A stretch of DNA of 64,000 nucleotides from Octopus sinensis (lineage: Eukaryota), in assembly GCF_006345805.1 (NCBI RefSeq), contig NC_043004.1:6696001-6760000 (forward strand), read 5' to 3'. A program made the translations under genes and the position numbers. This document shows positions 25,501 through 39,148 of the stretch, one piece after another. The stretch's first letter is position 1, and every line of letters starts with the position of its first letter. Below the pieces are notes generated by a model. That model saw only the letters and a list, made by a program, of their open reading frames with translations, was not told the origin of the DNA and did no database searches.

Positions 25501-27111
25501 ATACAATGCATTTCAATAAATATAATTTTTACTGTTTGTTTCAGTCCTTGGACTGCAACCATGCTGGAGCACTGTCTTGAAGGGCTTAGACAAATTGACC
25601 CCAGTACTTACTTTTTTTAAAGTTTGGTACTTATTCTATTGGTCTCCTTCATTGAACTGCTAAGTTACAGGGAGAAATCAAACCAACACTGGTTATCAAA
25701 CAGTAAGTGAGGTACAAACTCAAACACAAAGGCTTTCCATCTACCAAATTCACTCTCAAGGATTCAATCCCACTGTGTGGCACCTTGAGCAAGTGTCTTC
25801 TACTATAGCCTCAGGCTGACAAAAATCTTGTGAGTGGATTTGGTAGAAAGAAATTGAAAGAAGTCCTCTATCCATAGATAAGTGTGTGTGTGTGTGTGTG
25901 TATGTGTTTGTGTGTGTGTGAGTTTATATCTTTGTCGCCCACCACTGCTTGACAACTAGTGATGGTGTATTTATGTCCCTGTAACTTAGTGATTTGGTTA
26001 AAGAGACTGATAGAATAAATAACAAACTTAAGAAAACAAGTACTGGGGGTCAATTTGTTCAATTAAAAATTCTTCAAGGTGGTGCCCCAGCATGGCCACA
26101 GTCTAATGACTGAAACAAGTAAACAATAACTGCGTACAAATCAGTCAGTGATTCAGTGTCTTTAGCTATTGTATTCAGTAAAAAGAACCAAGCTAGTGAG
26201 TAAGGCATTACAACAATTAAACATTCTAGGAAGAAAAATTTTGACATTCACATGGCTCATCACACAGAAATACATCCAGATATATTTAATATGATCAAAC
26301 AGACTCCAATGAGACTGGTGTTGGTCTGATTCAGCAAGACTTGTTTTACATAGTAAAATCAACAGAAAGACTTTGCTATGGGGAATGGAAAAATTCCAAT
26401 GTTTCAAACCAAGTGCTTCATCAGGGAAGAATTGACAGGAGAGAAATTAATCTCTCTCCTGTCAACTCTGTCCGAAATGTTGGATTTTTCACTCTCCACA
26501 GCAAAATTACTGCACTTTTTTTTTTTTGTTGATTTTTACTTGATATATGTAATTGATCAGTCACAATTTATTATTTTGTAAAGGTGAGACAGTATGTAGC
26601 AAAGCCTGTTCAGATTGCGATCTTAAGTGGCACTCTGTTGGTTATGACAGCCTACTCAAGAAATTAATGTTTAAGTGGCTGAGTACTCCACAGACACACG
26701 TACTCTTAGAGTAGTTGTCAGGGAGATTCAGTGTGACACAGAATGCAATAAAGCTGACCCTTTGATTTACAGGTACATCTCATTTTCACCAGCTGAGTGA
26801 ACTGGAACATCATCATCATCATCAGCATTTAATGTCTGTTGTCCATGCTGGTATGGGTTGGACAGTTTGACTGGGCTGGCATGCTGGAAGGCTGCACCAG
26901 GTTCCAGTCTGATTTAATATGGTTTTCTATGGCTGGATCTCCTTCCTAATGCCAACCATTCCAAGAGTGTTAATGGGTGCCTTTACATGCTACCAGCACA
27001 GGTGCCAATTTGCATGACACCAGTATCTGCCACAACTGTGATTTTGCTTGACTTGATGGGTCTTCTTCTCAAGCACAACATAATGCCAAAGGTCTTGGTC
27101 ATTGCTTCCAT

Positions 27112-27445
27112 AAAGCCCAACACTCGAAAGGAACCCAGCCACTTTGCCTCCATGAGACTCATCACTCAAAAGGAACTCAGCTACCTCGCTTCTGTGAGGC
27201 CTGCCCAAAAGGAACTCAGCCACCTTGCCTCTGTGAGGTCCAACGCTCAAGAGGAACTTAGCCACTTTACCTCCATGAGGCTCATCGCTCGAAAGGAACT
27301 TAGCCACATTGCCTCCGTGAGGCTCAGCACTCAAGAGGAACTCGGCCACTTTGCCTCCATGATGCTCATTGCTCAAAAAGAACTCAGCCACTTTGCCTCT
27401 GTGAGGCCCAACACTTGAAAGGAACTCCTGCCACTTTGCTTCCAT
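27112..27445. repeat. 42-bp minisatellite, 8 units, inside an RTE-tail-related element
   Basis: Consensus about GAGGCYCAWCGCTCRAAAGGAACTCAGCCACTTTGCCTCYRT; unit 3 is 39 bp and unit 8 is 43 bp. Confidence 0.9.
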
Positions 27446-29539
27446 GAGGCCCGAAGTGAAATTAAGTGTCTTGCTCAAGGACAGAAAGCGCTGACAGGAA
27501 TCAAACTCTCAATCTTACAATCATGAGCTAAACCACCAAGCCATACACCTTCACTACTGATAGTGATAAACTAAGTTGTAATGCAAACAGAGGAGAATAA
27601 GAAAAGCTAGCACTAGTTGGCAATAGACTTTAGATTTTATTCCTAGTGGTCAGTTGGAAGAAAGGTGCAACAACATAACAACATTCAGCTGACTTGATAA
27701 TCAAGAGCTTTAGTTAATAAGCTTAGGGTTAGCACCAACCTTGATGTCAGTGTAATGAAAAAAAGTTGTGCATTCAATTAGAAACCAAACAAAGTTAAGT
27801 AGTACTGGTTTGGTCATGCAATTTTACTTCAACCACCTGTCAATAATTAATTAACAAGGATAAGCTGTACACCAATTAAAAATATACAGATAAAACATCC
27901 CAGCAACTACTTCCTGTTAATCACACGCATTAATAATAGTGTTTTTTCAAAAAACACAATGACTATGTTACTGAAACCATCCAGCTCGATAAATACCAAC
28001 CCAGCAGTCTCTTCTGATATTCAACCAAAACAGAACAAAATAATAATAATAATCATCATCCTTTTTTACTATAGGCACAAGGCCTGACAGTTTTTTTGGG
28101 GGGTGGGGTGGGGGGTTAGTCGACCACATTGGCCCCGGTGTTTCATTGGTACTTAATTTATCAACCCTGAAAGGATGAAAGGCAAAGTTCACCTAGGTGG
28201 AATCTGAACTTGGAATGTAGCAGCAGTGAAGAAGAAGAAGAACAAGAACAACAACAACAACATCATCATCACAGATTTGCTTGTCAGTTGTTTGACCATA
28301 ACCAGCTGAGCATGTCCTTTGGTGGCTGATGATATGTGCCATCTCTGATCATGAGCAGAAGTAATGGGGGAGCATCATAGCCGTGTTGAGAGGAATTCTT
28401 TGGGGTTTCAATATTCCACCTCTGGAAACATAGGTGTTCCCTTCAACATCCTTAGACAACCTTTATTCAGGGATCTTTTGAGCAGGATGAACTACTCAAC
28501 CTGAAGAAAATTCTAACTGGGCCCCACCTGTAAGGTCATGTGCCTGGTGTATCCTTATCAGATGGGTAGTCATGATGGGTAAATTGGGCTTTCTATATTT
28601 GTATCCCAGTGTCACTTTGATGGTACGCACTGCTCTTCCACTCAATAATAATAATAATGATAGTCGTTTCCAATTTTGGCACAAAGTTAGCAAATTTTTA
28701 AGGGGAAAGAGGTTAATCTATCACAATGACTCCACTACTTGACTAGCACTTCATTTTATTGACCTCGGAGGGAAGAAATGCAAAGTTGAACTCAGCAGTA
28801 TTTGAACTTAGAACATAAAACCTCAAAAGATGCTGCTAAGTATATTTTTTCAAAGTACTAGTGATTCTTCTAACTCACTAATAATTTTCTATGGCTAGAT
28901 GCTCTTCCTGTTGCCAAACTTCACTTGTTTCCATGCAAAGGGATATTTCCCATGGCCAGATATGTTTTTCATGGATGACTGGAAATGTACAACACTACTT
29001 GTATGACAGTGATGCTCATTTACAATTGTCACATGATGTCAAGACATGGGTGTACACACACATACACACAAATACATACATATACCTATATACATATACA
29101 ATAGGCTTCTTTCAGCTTCTGTCGACTGAATCCATTCATAAGGCTTTGGTTGTCTCAGGGGCTATACTAGAAAAGACTTGCTAAAGGTGTCATGCAATGA
29201 ACCGAACCCAAGACCACATGGTTGGGAAACAAGCTTCTTAACCATGCAGCCATGCCTGAGCCCAAAATTAATGGCTGCAATACCCTCTTTTACTCACAGA
29301 AACAACTTAAAATTGAAAGGTGACTTATTTGATTGACATCTTCCAATCAATTTATGATCCAGATAGTGATTCAAATTTCATCAGGTCAAGAAGAAATATA
29401 GAGAGGAACAAACATTAAGGCTGTAGCATATGGGATGCACTGCCAATAACCATAAAAACATTTCAAACTATCTCAACTGTGAAAAAGAAACTGGAAACCC
29501 GCCATTTCACTAAATTTGGGTATTCCCTCTTTTCTCTCT

Positions 29540-29932
29540 TTTACTTGTTGCAGTCATTTGACTGTGGCCATGCTAGAGTACCACCTTTAGTCAAGCAAAT
29601 CGACCCCAGGACTTATTCTTTGTAAGCCTAGCACTTATTCTATCGGTCTCTTTTGCCGAACCACTAAGTTATGGGGACGTAACCACATCAGCATCGGCTG
29701 TCAAGCGATGTTGGGGGGACAAACACACACATATATATATATATATATACACATATACATATATACGACGGGCTTCTTTCAGTTTCAGTCAACAAATCTA
29801 CTCACAAAGCTTTGGTCAGCCCAAAGCTATAGTAGAAGACACTTGCCCAAGGTGCCACACAGTGGGACTGAACCCGGAACCATGTGGTTGGTAAGAAAGC
29901 TACTTACCACACAGCCACTCCTGCGCCTATAT
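29540..29932 (-). mobile_element. SINE family A
   Basis: Full reverse-orientation copy. Confidence 0.85.
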
Positions 29933-31244
29933 ATATTTATATAGGCGCACGTAAAAAGCATCCACTACACTCGCGGAGTGGTTGGCATTAGGAAGGGCAT
30001 CCAGCTGTAGAAACACTGCCAGATCAGACTGGGCCTGGTGCAGCCTTCTGGCTTCCCAGATCCCCAGTTGAACCGTCCAACCCATGCTAGCATGGAAAGC
30101 GGACGTTAATCGATGATGATGATGATATATATTTCTTTTTTTTTTCAATCGTAATCACTGAAGAAAAGATGTCTTTATATATAAATATTTTTTTTTTCGA
30201 GGTGAGAAATTCAAAGTACATTACAACACTTGATTTCTGATAAAGTGTGATTTGAAGATTTAATTGTGTGAGTACAAGGAGAGCAAATACACAAATGAAG
30301 GATGAGAGTTATGTTGGAAGGAGATGTTGGTTAGGATTCCAGTTGCTATAACAACACTAGCACCAGTAACCTCTAGCAGCAGCCCCATTAACTATATTCT
30401 AAAATATTTTTCTTATACAAATGTTAGCTAGGCTAATTAGTACAACGGCATATTTGAACAACATATATATATATATATGATGGGCTCCTTTCGGTTTCTG
30501 TCTACCAAATCCACTCACAAGGCTTTGGTCGGCCCGAGGCTATAATAGAAGACACTTGCTCAAGGTGCCACGCAGTGGGACTTAACCGGAACCATGTGGT
30601 TGGTAAGCAAGCTACTTACCACACAGCCACTCCTGCGCCTATATATATATACACACACACAGAGGATGGGTTTCTTTTGTATATATATTCTACATATTTA
30701 CATAGATAAATTAGTAATTAGAAAAGATTGGTGAGTTGGCAAAATTGTTAGAGTGACAGACAAAATACCTACAATATTTCTACCAGCTCATTATGTTCTG
30801 AGTTCAAATTCTGCTGAGATTGACTTTGCTTTTCATCCTTTCGGGATTGATAAAATAAGGACCAGTTTGAGTACTGGAGTTGATGTTATTGCCCCCCACC
30901 CCACCCCACTCCGCCCCACCTTCCTCTAAAATTGCTCCACATGAGCCAAAATTTTGAAACTATAAATTAAAAATTAATAAGAAAGTTGAATTGATTCTGA
31001 AATTAATCAAAAACATTAGAATGAAATCCTGGGAATATCTGTGAGCTGGAGGTGGGGAAAAAAGAGAAGGTAAAAGAAAAATTACCTGTAACAGGTAGTT
31101 GGTAACTAATCAATAATACAATTAAAAAAAAAAAATTATGACAATCATTTTTTTTTCTTTTTGGAGTGTTTAAAATGATTTTCACACACATGGACAGATG
31201 TAGAGAATTTGGTAATTTTATTGAGACACAAAGATGGAACTTAC

Positions 31245-31438
31245 CTAAGTCTGGGTTTAGGAGTTATGCAGTTTTCGGCAGAGTTTCTTCTTTGATGTGA
31301 GGTACTCCAACGCCGCACCAATCGTACTGTTTCGTTATTCACTTCCCATGGTCGAGATGGAGGGGGGCTAGGAGAATTTCTAAGTTCTATATCAACAGTG
31401 TTTGATGTTTTACGACGTTTTCTACTAGGACTTTCACT
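31245..31438 (-). CDS. RNF38: Internal coding exon (194 nt, phase 0 to phase 2) of an RNF38/RNF44-like RING E3 ligase: SESPSRKRRKTSNTVDIELRNSPSPPPSRPWEVNNETVRLVRRWSTSHQRRNSAENCITPKPRL
   Basis: Polypyrimidine acceptor ttttatttttacAG at 31440-31439, donor AG|GTAAGT at 31244, open frame. The peptide matches my recollection of vertebrate RNF38 N-terminus (SEDSPSPKRQRLS...SPAPSPPMRPWEM...ERCNTPARNRR). No database search was run. Confidence 0.82.
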
Positions 31439-31529
31439 CTGTAAAATAAAAAAATTAAAACATAAATGAGTCATTTAAAAGAAAGTAAAAACAAAAGTTG
31501 TGATTATCATCATCATCGTTTTAATCTTT

Positions 31530-31900
31530 TTTATTTGCTTCAGTCATTTGACTGCGGCCATGCTAGAGCACCACTTTCAGTCGAATGAATCTACCCCAGG
31601 ACTTATTCTTTGTAAGCCTAGTACTTATTCTATTGATCTGTTTTGCTGAACTGCTAAGTTGCAGGGACATAAACACACCAACATCGGTTGTCAAGCAATG
31701 GTGGTGGTGGTGGGTGAGACAAGCGCATGTGCGCGCACACACACACACATATATATACAATGGGCTTCTTTCAGTTTCCATCTACCAAATCCACTCACAA
31801 GGCTTTGGTTGGCCAGAGGCAGCATACACCACAAGTGGAACTGAGCCTGGAACCATGTGGTTGGAAAGCAAGCTTCATATCACACAGGTACGGCTGCATA
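31530..31900 (-). mobile_element. SINE family A, about 90 bp upstream of the RNF38-like exon
   Basis: Family match. Confidence 0.8.
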
Positions 31901-33589
31901 TATATATATAATATTTTGGACTAATGAGTATACATGAATTAGTGTGCAAATGTGTTGAGTAGTGTGCAAATAACAACCTGACTGCCCAAAATCAAGATCT
32001 TTAGTGGGACACCACTTTATGTATGAATGTATCTGATGTGACCCAGACTGCAAGATTGATGCAACAATATGATACATTGCATCCCACCTATAAAGGACAG
32101 TTGCAAGATGGGTTGAAATAATCATTGTACAAAATAAAAAGTTACACCAATTTCATCTTCTATTTACTTGATTATTATACACACACACTCAAGAAGACTT
32201 GCCCACCACAGCAGAATTGATACTGGTGCTGGTGCCACATAAAAAAAGTACTGGTGTTGGTGCTATGTTAAGAGCATTTGCGCTGGTGCCACATTAAAAA
32301 GCATCTAGCACACTCTGAGGTGTGGCTGGTGTTAGGAAGGGCATCCAGCTGTTGAAACCATACCAGAACAGACAATGGAGCTGGTGCAGCCCACGACCTG
32401 ACCAGCTCCTATCAAACCATCCAAACCATACTAGCATGGAAAATGGACATGATGATGACGATGATATAAATACACACATACAAATGGATAGTATGTGTAT
32501 GTGTGTGTGTGTATGTGTGTGTGTATGTGCACATGCGCATGTGCATCTACATTTTTCTAGGTTGAAACAAGAGCAGTTAAGTGAAAGGCCAACCAATATG
32601 TGACCACTGAAAGAAGATAATTGTACTTCTTCAAAGATTTCTAAAGTTTTATGTTAAATATAAAAAAAATGAGTATAAAATCATGTTAAATTATACACAC
32701 ACACACATATGTATCTTTTGGATCAACTTTATTATTGCTATAAAGACCAACATCATCTATCTTTTAACAGTGAACCAACTGTCTAGAGTATATGGTTTTA
32801 AGCAATTAATGATAGCCAACTTCAATTTCAAGTCTTTCACTTGTTCTGTTTTAAGTTCAAGGTCAAACGAAACGATGAGTGTACCATTAATGATATCAAC
32901 CTTTAATGCCAGTGGGTATCTTTCATTTGAAATTGTATCCAAGCAGAACACTGTTTGTTTAGTATCTTGCAGCTTGCTTGTCTCTTCAACTAAACATTTC
33001 TAGACATTGGCATTTTGTGATTATATTTCCCTTAAGGTGATACACAGGATCCATCTTTCTAAGTAGTACCAAGAGAAATAAGGAAGAATAAAGCAAAAAA
33101 ACTGAAAATAAAAATTGAAACAATGAAGGTGATTCTATTTGATCTGCTGAATTAGCTGCTAAATTCTCCTTGAGTAAATTCCTCAAACATTTTTAACTAA
33201 CCACCATGATGACATTGGGACTTCCTCAACAATAACAAGAAATGAAATCAACGTGCAAGTTTTAAAATAATTTCTAATGTTGACAATTGCAACAAAAGAT
33301 GAAATAAAAAATATATAAACCAACAAAAAAGAAAGAGGGGGGGAGAGAGAGAGAGAGAGAGATTGAATTATATGCAGTAAACTTAAAACAGTAAAAAAAA
33401 ATACACTTTAAGCAAAATGCTAATGAGAATGGTGTGTTTAATACAATTTCCGAGAGTAGAATTAATTATGATTAATAATAAACATTTTGAATCATGTGAT
33501 ACAAGATTAATAATCACATATCTGTGATGGTGAAGATTGCAACACATACACACACACACACACATTGCATCACAACCAAACAAAGGTCA

Positions 33590-34300
33590 TCTCAATGATT
33601 GGGAAACCACTGACAAACAACTCTTCAAGTCTTGTACTCTAGGGCTTTGATTAATGTCCTTCACACTCTTCCTTCTGTACATAACCTTCCAACTATCATT
33701 TCTTCCCATACACGCTCCTGTGAAAATGATAATACACTTCACTCCACAAAACCTTTTCCCATACAGGTGGTGTCCATATGCTTGGGTGAAATTTCACATC
33801 AGATACATACTAGAGAGACCTTCCAAAACATCCTTCAATGGGAATGTGTTGATTTGGTGTCTGCAAACAAGTCAGTGACAGAATCCCTACACACACTAAG
33901 GGTCACATATTCATTCATCACTACAGCTACATTATTCTTGAACAACACACAACTAAATCTTCCACAAGCTGTACAAATGCTAAACCTAACAATCTCTGGT
34001 AATCTCTCTTGGCAATCTCACAAGTATAACCTTGCTAAAATTGCACCTCAAACAATAGATCATAAATAGATGAAATACCTGCTAGGTGTAATCAAAAGAT
34101 GGCTGAGTCAATAGAGAGTCCAATACGAGCAAAATTCCTTGATAGCGGTGGATACACAGTTCACCATAACCCTACACCTCTTTCTACAGAGACTGAGGCT
34201 ATTAGAAGAGTTAAGGAAGAGGGAAGAAGTCAGAATCTTATATTCAGAGCTTGTGATGAGGATGATGATGTGCCTTGCTGACAAGGCCTGAAAAATACCT
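33590..34300 (+). mobile_element. Degenerate CR1/L2/Jockey-group LINE RT remnant
   Basis: ENDNTLHS (decayed ADD motif) and LNLTISGNLSWQSHKYNLAK, resembling the post-RT LGLTISxxLSWxxHI motif. Confidence 0.5.
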
Positions 34301-37300
34301 GTACTAGAGCTCTAATATATCTGAGATGGAGAAGGTGCAACATAAATATTCATGTCCACATCTGTAGACCAACTTGACTAATTAGGAAACTTTCAGTCAA
34401 TAATACATTACAACAACTCAGTTACATACATGCTGTTTCTTCTGTTGCTGGTATAATATAAAATATGTAAGATTGTGCAATTACATTCAATAAAACTTGA
34501 ACACTAAATCTATAGAATAAAGTTATCTGTAGAGAGTGCCAACTTTGTAACACATAAATATACATTATGCTCAGCAAATATTCTGTCTAACAATGTTAAA
34601 ATTCAGTATAAAAAATTTTTTAAACAATGTAATAAGAGGACATTAATATTGGCCAGTGATGGCAAAGTAGCTTAGCTTAATGTCTTGAAAATTTTAATTT
34701 CTTTAACAGTCATTTACATATTATCATCAACATCATCCTTTTAACATCTACTTTTTCATGCTTGCATGGGTTGGACAGAATTTATTGAGGCAGATTTTCC
34801 AAGCAATGCAATATTTCCCCATGACCAGACATTTTTTCATGAAATACTGGAAATGAACGACACTCATTTACAACAATCATACTTATGTCAAGACAAAGGA
34901 GACACAAAAATACACAAACTTACATTCACACATACATATACACATGAATTCTAGAAGAATGTAGTTCCCTTGAAGCATTGTGTAGTACAGAAATAAAGAA
35001 ATGAATGAAATGAGAAATAAAGAAAGCTAACAATGCATTATTAGAAGTTTTTCTTGTTTCTTATTTCATTCATTTTTCTACCCCTTATGAATTTTAGTTT
35101 CAGGTAATTGTTTATTGATAAACTTTTCATACACCTAGCTTCTCTGTCCCCATTCACTACTACTTATCTCTTACCTTGTGGTGTCAACTGGACACCTCAT
35201 CGGTATTGTTTATCTCCTAGCAGATACACCAATTCATTCTCACTCTCTCTCCTAAATGTGAGTAGCTATGTACCTCTACCCCAACCTCTTCTCTCATACC
35301 TTAATCCCCATCTAACATGTGGACACCCTCCTCTTGGGTTATGTAGTCTTGCAAGCTGCATGGTAACTTCAATAGTGCTGGTAGCATCAAAATATCCTCC
35401 CAGTATACTCTGCAAATGGGTTGGCGATATGAAGGGCATTCAGCCATAGAAACCATGCCAAAGCAGACACTGGAGCGTGATGCAGTTCTTGTCAAATCAT
35501 CCAACCTCAGATCCTTGTCAAATCACCCAACTCATGCCAGTATGTAACTAACATGCATGTCTCAGATCCACCATCATTGATATAAGCAAAAGGACTGCCT
35601 AGATGATGGTCTCTCTTCAAAGACAACAGATTCTATCATTTGCACAAACAATTTAAATTTGGAAAATATATTCCAAAGACAAAAATAAGTATACCATATG
35701 GAACTCATACAAAATTTTTCCTAATCATTTTCACTATTGATTTTGACAAATTTATCTTACTACATAGAAATTGCATTAAAAATGTACATTCAAAACTTGT
35801 AAAAATTCACATAGATATGTGTATTTTAAATGCAACAGATAATTTTTTTTCTAATTTAATAAATATCCCTGCGGGTTACAATACATAAAGAAGAGTAAAT
35901 AAAAAGAATTGATATCTTTTAAAGAAATAAAACAAATTATGATAATAATGATGATGATGATGATGGCAATGAAGAGAGGAAAAAAATTTTTTTTCTAGGC
36001 TTTTCCATCAAAGTATGGAAAAGCATGATACCAGCTGCTATGTTTTTCTTTGATTCAAGGCACCAGCCATTGTATCACCTTTGGAGGAGATACTCACTCG
36101 AAATACTTAACGCAGCAGAACTATATTAGAAAAATATTAAATCCCATGAAATGGTTGGAAGGCAACTTTGAAGCCAAGTATGGATGCTGATAATTGGTAT
36201 GATACTAACAGAACATATTGGTGAGTATTGATTCTACAATGCATACTAATTACTCTTAATCCATTATAGGTGAAAATATTCTGCTGTATTCTGATGTGTT
36301 AGCTGCTAACGTGTTGGGTGCTCATTTTTCACTTTATTAAAGCCTAGCATGTGTGAAAATCACAAGTATTAGTGAAATTATTAAATATAATCTCAAAGGC
36401 TAAAAATGTGAAGTAGTACCTTGTATGCAAAAGTGTAAAAAATTTTTTATAACACAGTCATTAGTAAAAATAGGATTTATAATATTGAAATTGAAAAAAA
36501 AAAGATTTTTTTTTCTCAATAGTGAAATTGTTTCAAATTTAAAGAATATGTTAAATTATCATGCCAAAATGGAACATCTTAAAATGTATAATTTCTGACT
36601 CACCAACATGTAAATTGATTCTGATGTAGGACAGCTAGGAATATTTTAGTTACAAAAGAAAGGAGAGGGAGAGAGAGAGAAGAAGAGAGAGAGGGAGAGA
36701 GAAGTACAGTGTATAAAAAAATGAAAGTTTTGCATGATAGAGAAAAGATGTTTGAGAAAGAAGTGAACAGATATAGCTTGGGGTAAATCAGAATGGAAGA
36801 AAATAATAATAAAAATGAAAATTGCAAAAAAGATGAAGCAGAGCATTTTTATGAGTTTTTAAAATAATTTTTTTTTATCAATCCAACAATGAATGAATTA
36901 AGGTTCTCTCTTCTAGATGTGATTGCTATTTACACAATGCACACCTGAAGTGATGCTCAAAAAAAAAAAAAAGTTAAAAAAGTGCAAGTACACCGCAAGG
37001 AAGAAAAGGATGAGAAAAAATGCACAAAGAGAACTGTCTTTCAGCAACAAAAGAGAAAACAGCAGGGAATACGATCTCAGGAAGAAGTCACTTCTTGTCA
37101 TCGGCAATCTCCTGGCACTGGGTTGACAGAGGAATATCACACATCACATTTGAACACTAAAAGTCATGACAGTGAGAAACTAGGATTGACATTTCATGCA
37201 CTACCACTTAGTCGAGAATGGACAGCATTAACAACAACAACAACAACAACAATGGGAACTGCTACAGCACATAGAATAATGCTCTGGTTGCAGGAAAGAA

Positions 37301-37771
37301 AAATTATCAAAAACTTTAAGTAAATCCGAAGGATTAGAAGTGAAGAAAAAGTACAATTCAGCATAATGCTTTCATTCATTAGGGTTTTACATAATTTAAA
37401 AGGAAAACTAGATATTGAGTTGAGAACACAATGCACAGATATATACAGGATTATCTCAAAAGATTTATAACAAAATATTCACTAAGAATGGTCACAGACA
37501 TGGCTGTGTGGTTAAGAAATTTGCTTTGCATCTCCATGGTTTTGAGTTCAGTCCCACTGTGCAGCACTACAGCCCAGGGCTAACTAATACCGAGTGAGAC
37601 AGAAACTGTTGCGTGTGTGTGTGGTCTGGGTTGATTTGTTGATGCCCTTTAAGGTAGTGCTCCAGTGTGGCCACAGTCCAATGATTAGAACAAAAAAAAA
37701 AACGGGTAAAAATGTAAGAGAACGAAAGTTCAATTCCCAACTGTGTTTTTGATAGTCTTATTTACCTTTAA

Positions 37772-37992
37772 CCCTTTCGTTACCAACCGGGCTGAAACCA
37801 CCTCTGGTTCTGAGTACAAATGTCTTGTTTCCATAAGTTTTTAATTAAAATCTTCCACCAAACCTTAGTCACAATTTATGTTCCTAACACTAGCTTAATG
37901 ATAACTAAGTTATTTTACTAAATTCTTTGTTATATTTAAATTTAATTGAAAGAAACAAAGAGCATCTCAACAGAAATATGGTAACAAAAGGG
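37772..37992. mobile_element. piggyBac-like MITE family 1
   Basis: TTAA TSDs at 37768 and 37993, CCCTTT TIRs; a partial left end follows at 38019-38060. Confidence 0.85.
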
Positions 37993-39148
37993 TTAAAATA
38001 TATAATAGAGAAACAATTCTTAACCCTTTTGATACCAAACCAGCTGAAACCAGCTCTTAAGTTGGATAGAGTTTAAGGCATGATAGCCTTCTTGTTACCA
38101 ACTCTCACCTATTTCCATGCAATATAATATTGCCCCATGGCCAGAATTGAGTCTGCAGAATGTTAGAAACGAATGGTGCAGCATGTATGACCATTGCAAA
38201 ATGTCAAAACAAGAAGGCACAAACACACACACATATATGCATACGTTGGGCTTCTTTCAGTCTCTCTTTACCAAATCCACTCACAAGACTTTGATCAACC
38301 CAGGTCATAGTACAAGACACTTGCCCAAGGTGGCTTATAGTGAGATTGAACCTGAAACCATGTAGTTTTGAAGCAAGCTTCTTAACCCACAACCACACCT
38401 AGATTTATATCTTTTACTTGTTTCATTGATTAGAAGAATGTTGGCTGAATGAAACAACTCCAGTACTTATTTTTTAAGCTTGGTACTTATTCTGGAGGGA
38501 TGTAAACACACTAATACTGGTTATCAAACAGTGGATGAGACACACACAGACAGACAGACATATACATATAAATATACATGATGGGTTATTTTCAGTTTTC
38601 ATCTACCAAATCCACTCAAAAGGCTCTGGTCAGCCTGGGGCTATAGAAGACACTTGTCTAAGGTGTCATGCAGAGAGACTGATCTCAGAACCATGTGGTT
38701 GGGAAGGAAACTTCTTACCACATAGCCGTGTGTGTGTGTGTATTTTTATCCCCAAACAGTTCATAAATATAATTATTATCTTTCTCCCTGATAATCTCAG
38801 GAAACAGAATGTGATACTAGGTTGAGATAATATCAAAATTAGGTCAGCAATATCTGTATATCAGTCATTTATGTTGCACTGTTTGATAGTATGTTGCTAA
38901 ATTATTATTCTTAGAACTGCTGTAGCAGCCAAAGACTAGGTCTCTGCATTCAATTGCACCACACTGCCTAAGCAATGATGTGAATTACTTCCTGTCACAT
39001 GCACATTGCTTTATCTGTAGTTGAAATGTCTGAATGTAAAAACAAAATATTTTTACTAAAATATGAAAACTTTTCAGGTAAGACATGTCAAGTTTCTCAA
39101 CCAACTAAGCTAATATTTTATAGGAACTGTAGTGCACCAGCCTGTTAA

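Noticed and set aside
27112-27445. CRISPR-like array
   Set aside because: Contiguous degenerate tandem units with no unique spacers, no cas genes, eukaryotic context.
30892-30920. G-quadruplex-forming tract (also near 28098)
   Set aside because: A variable G/C run inside SINE family D; no sign of locus-specific function.
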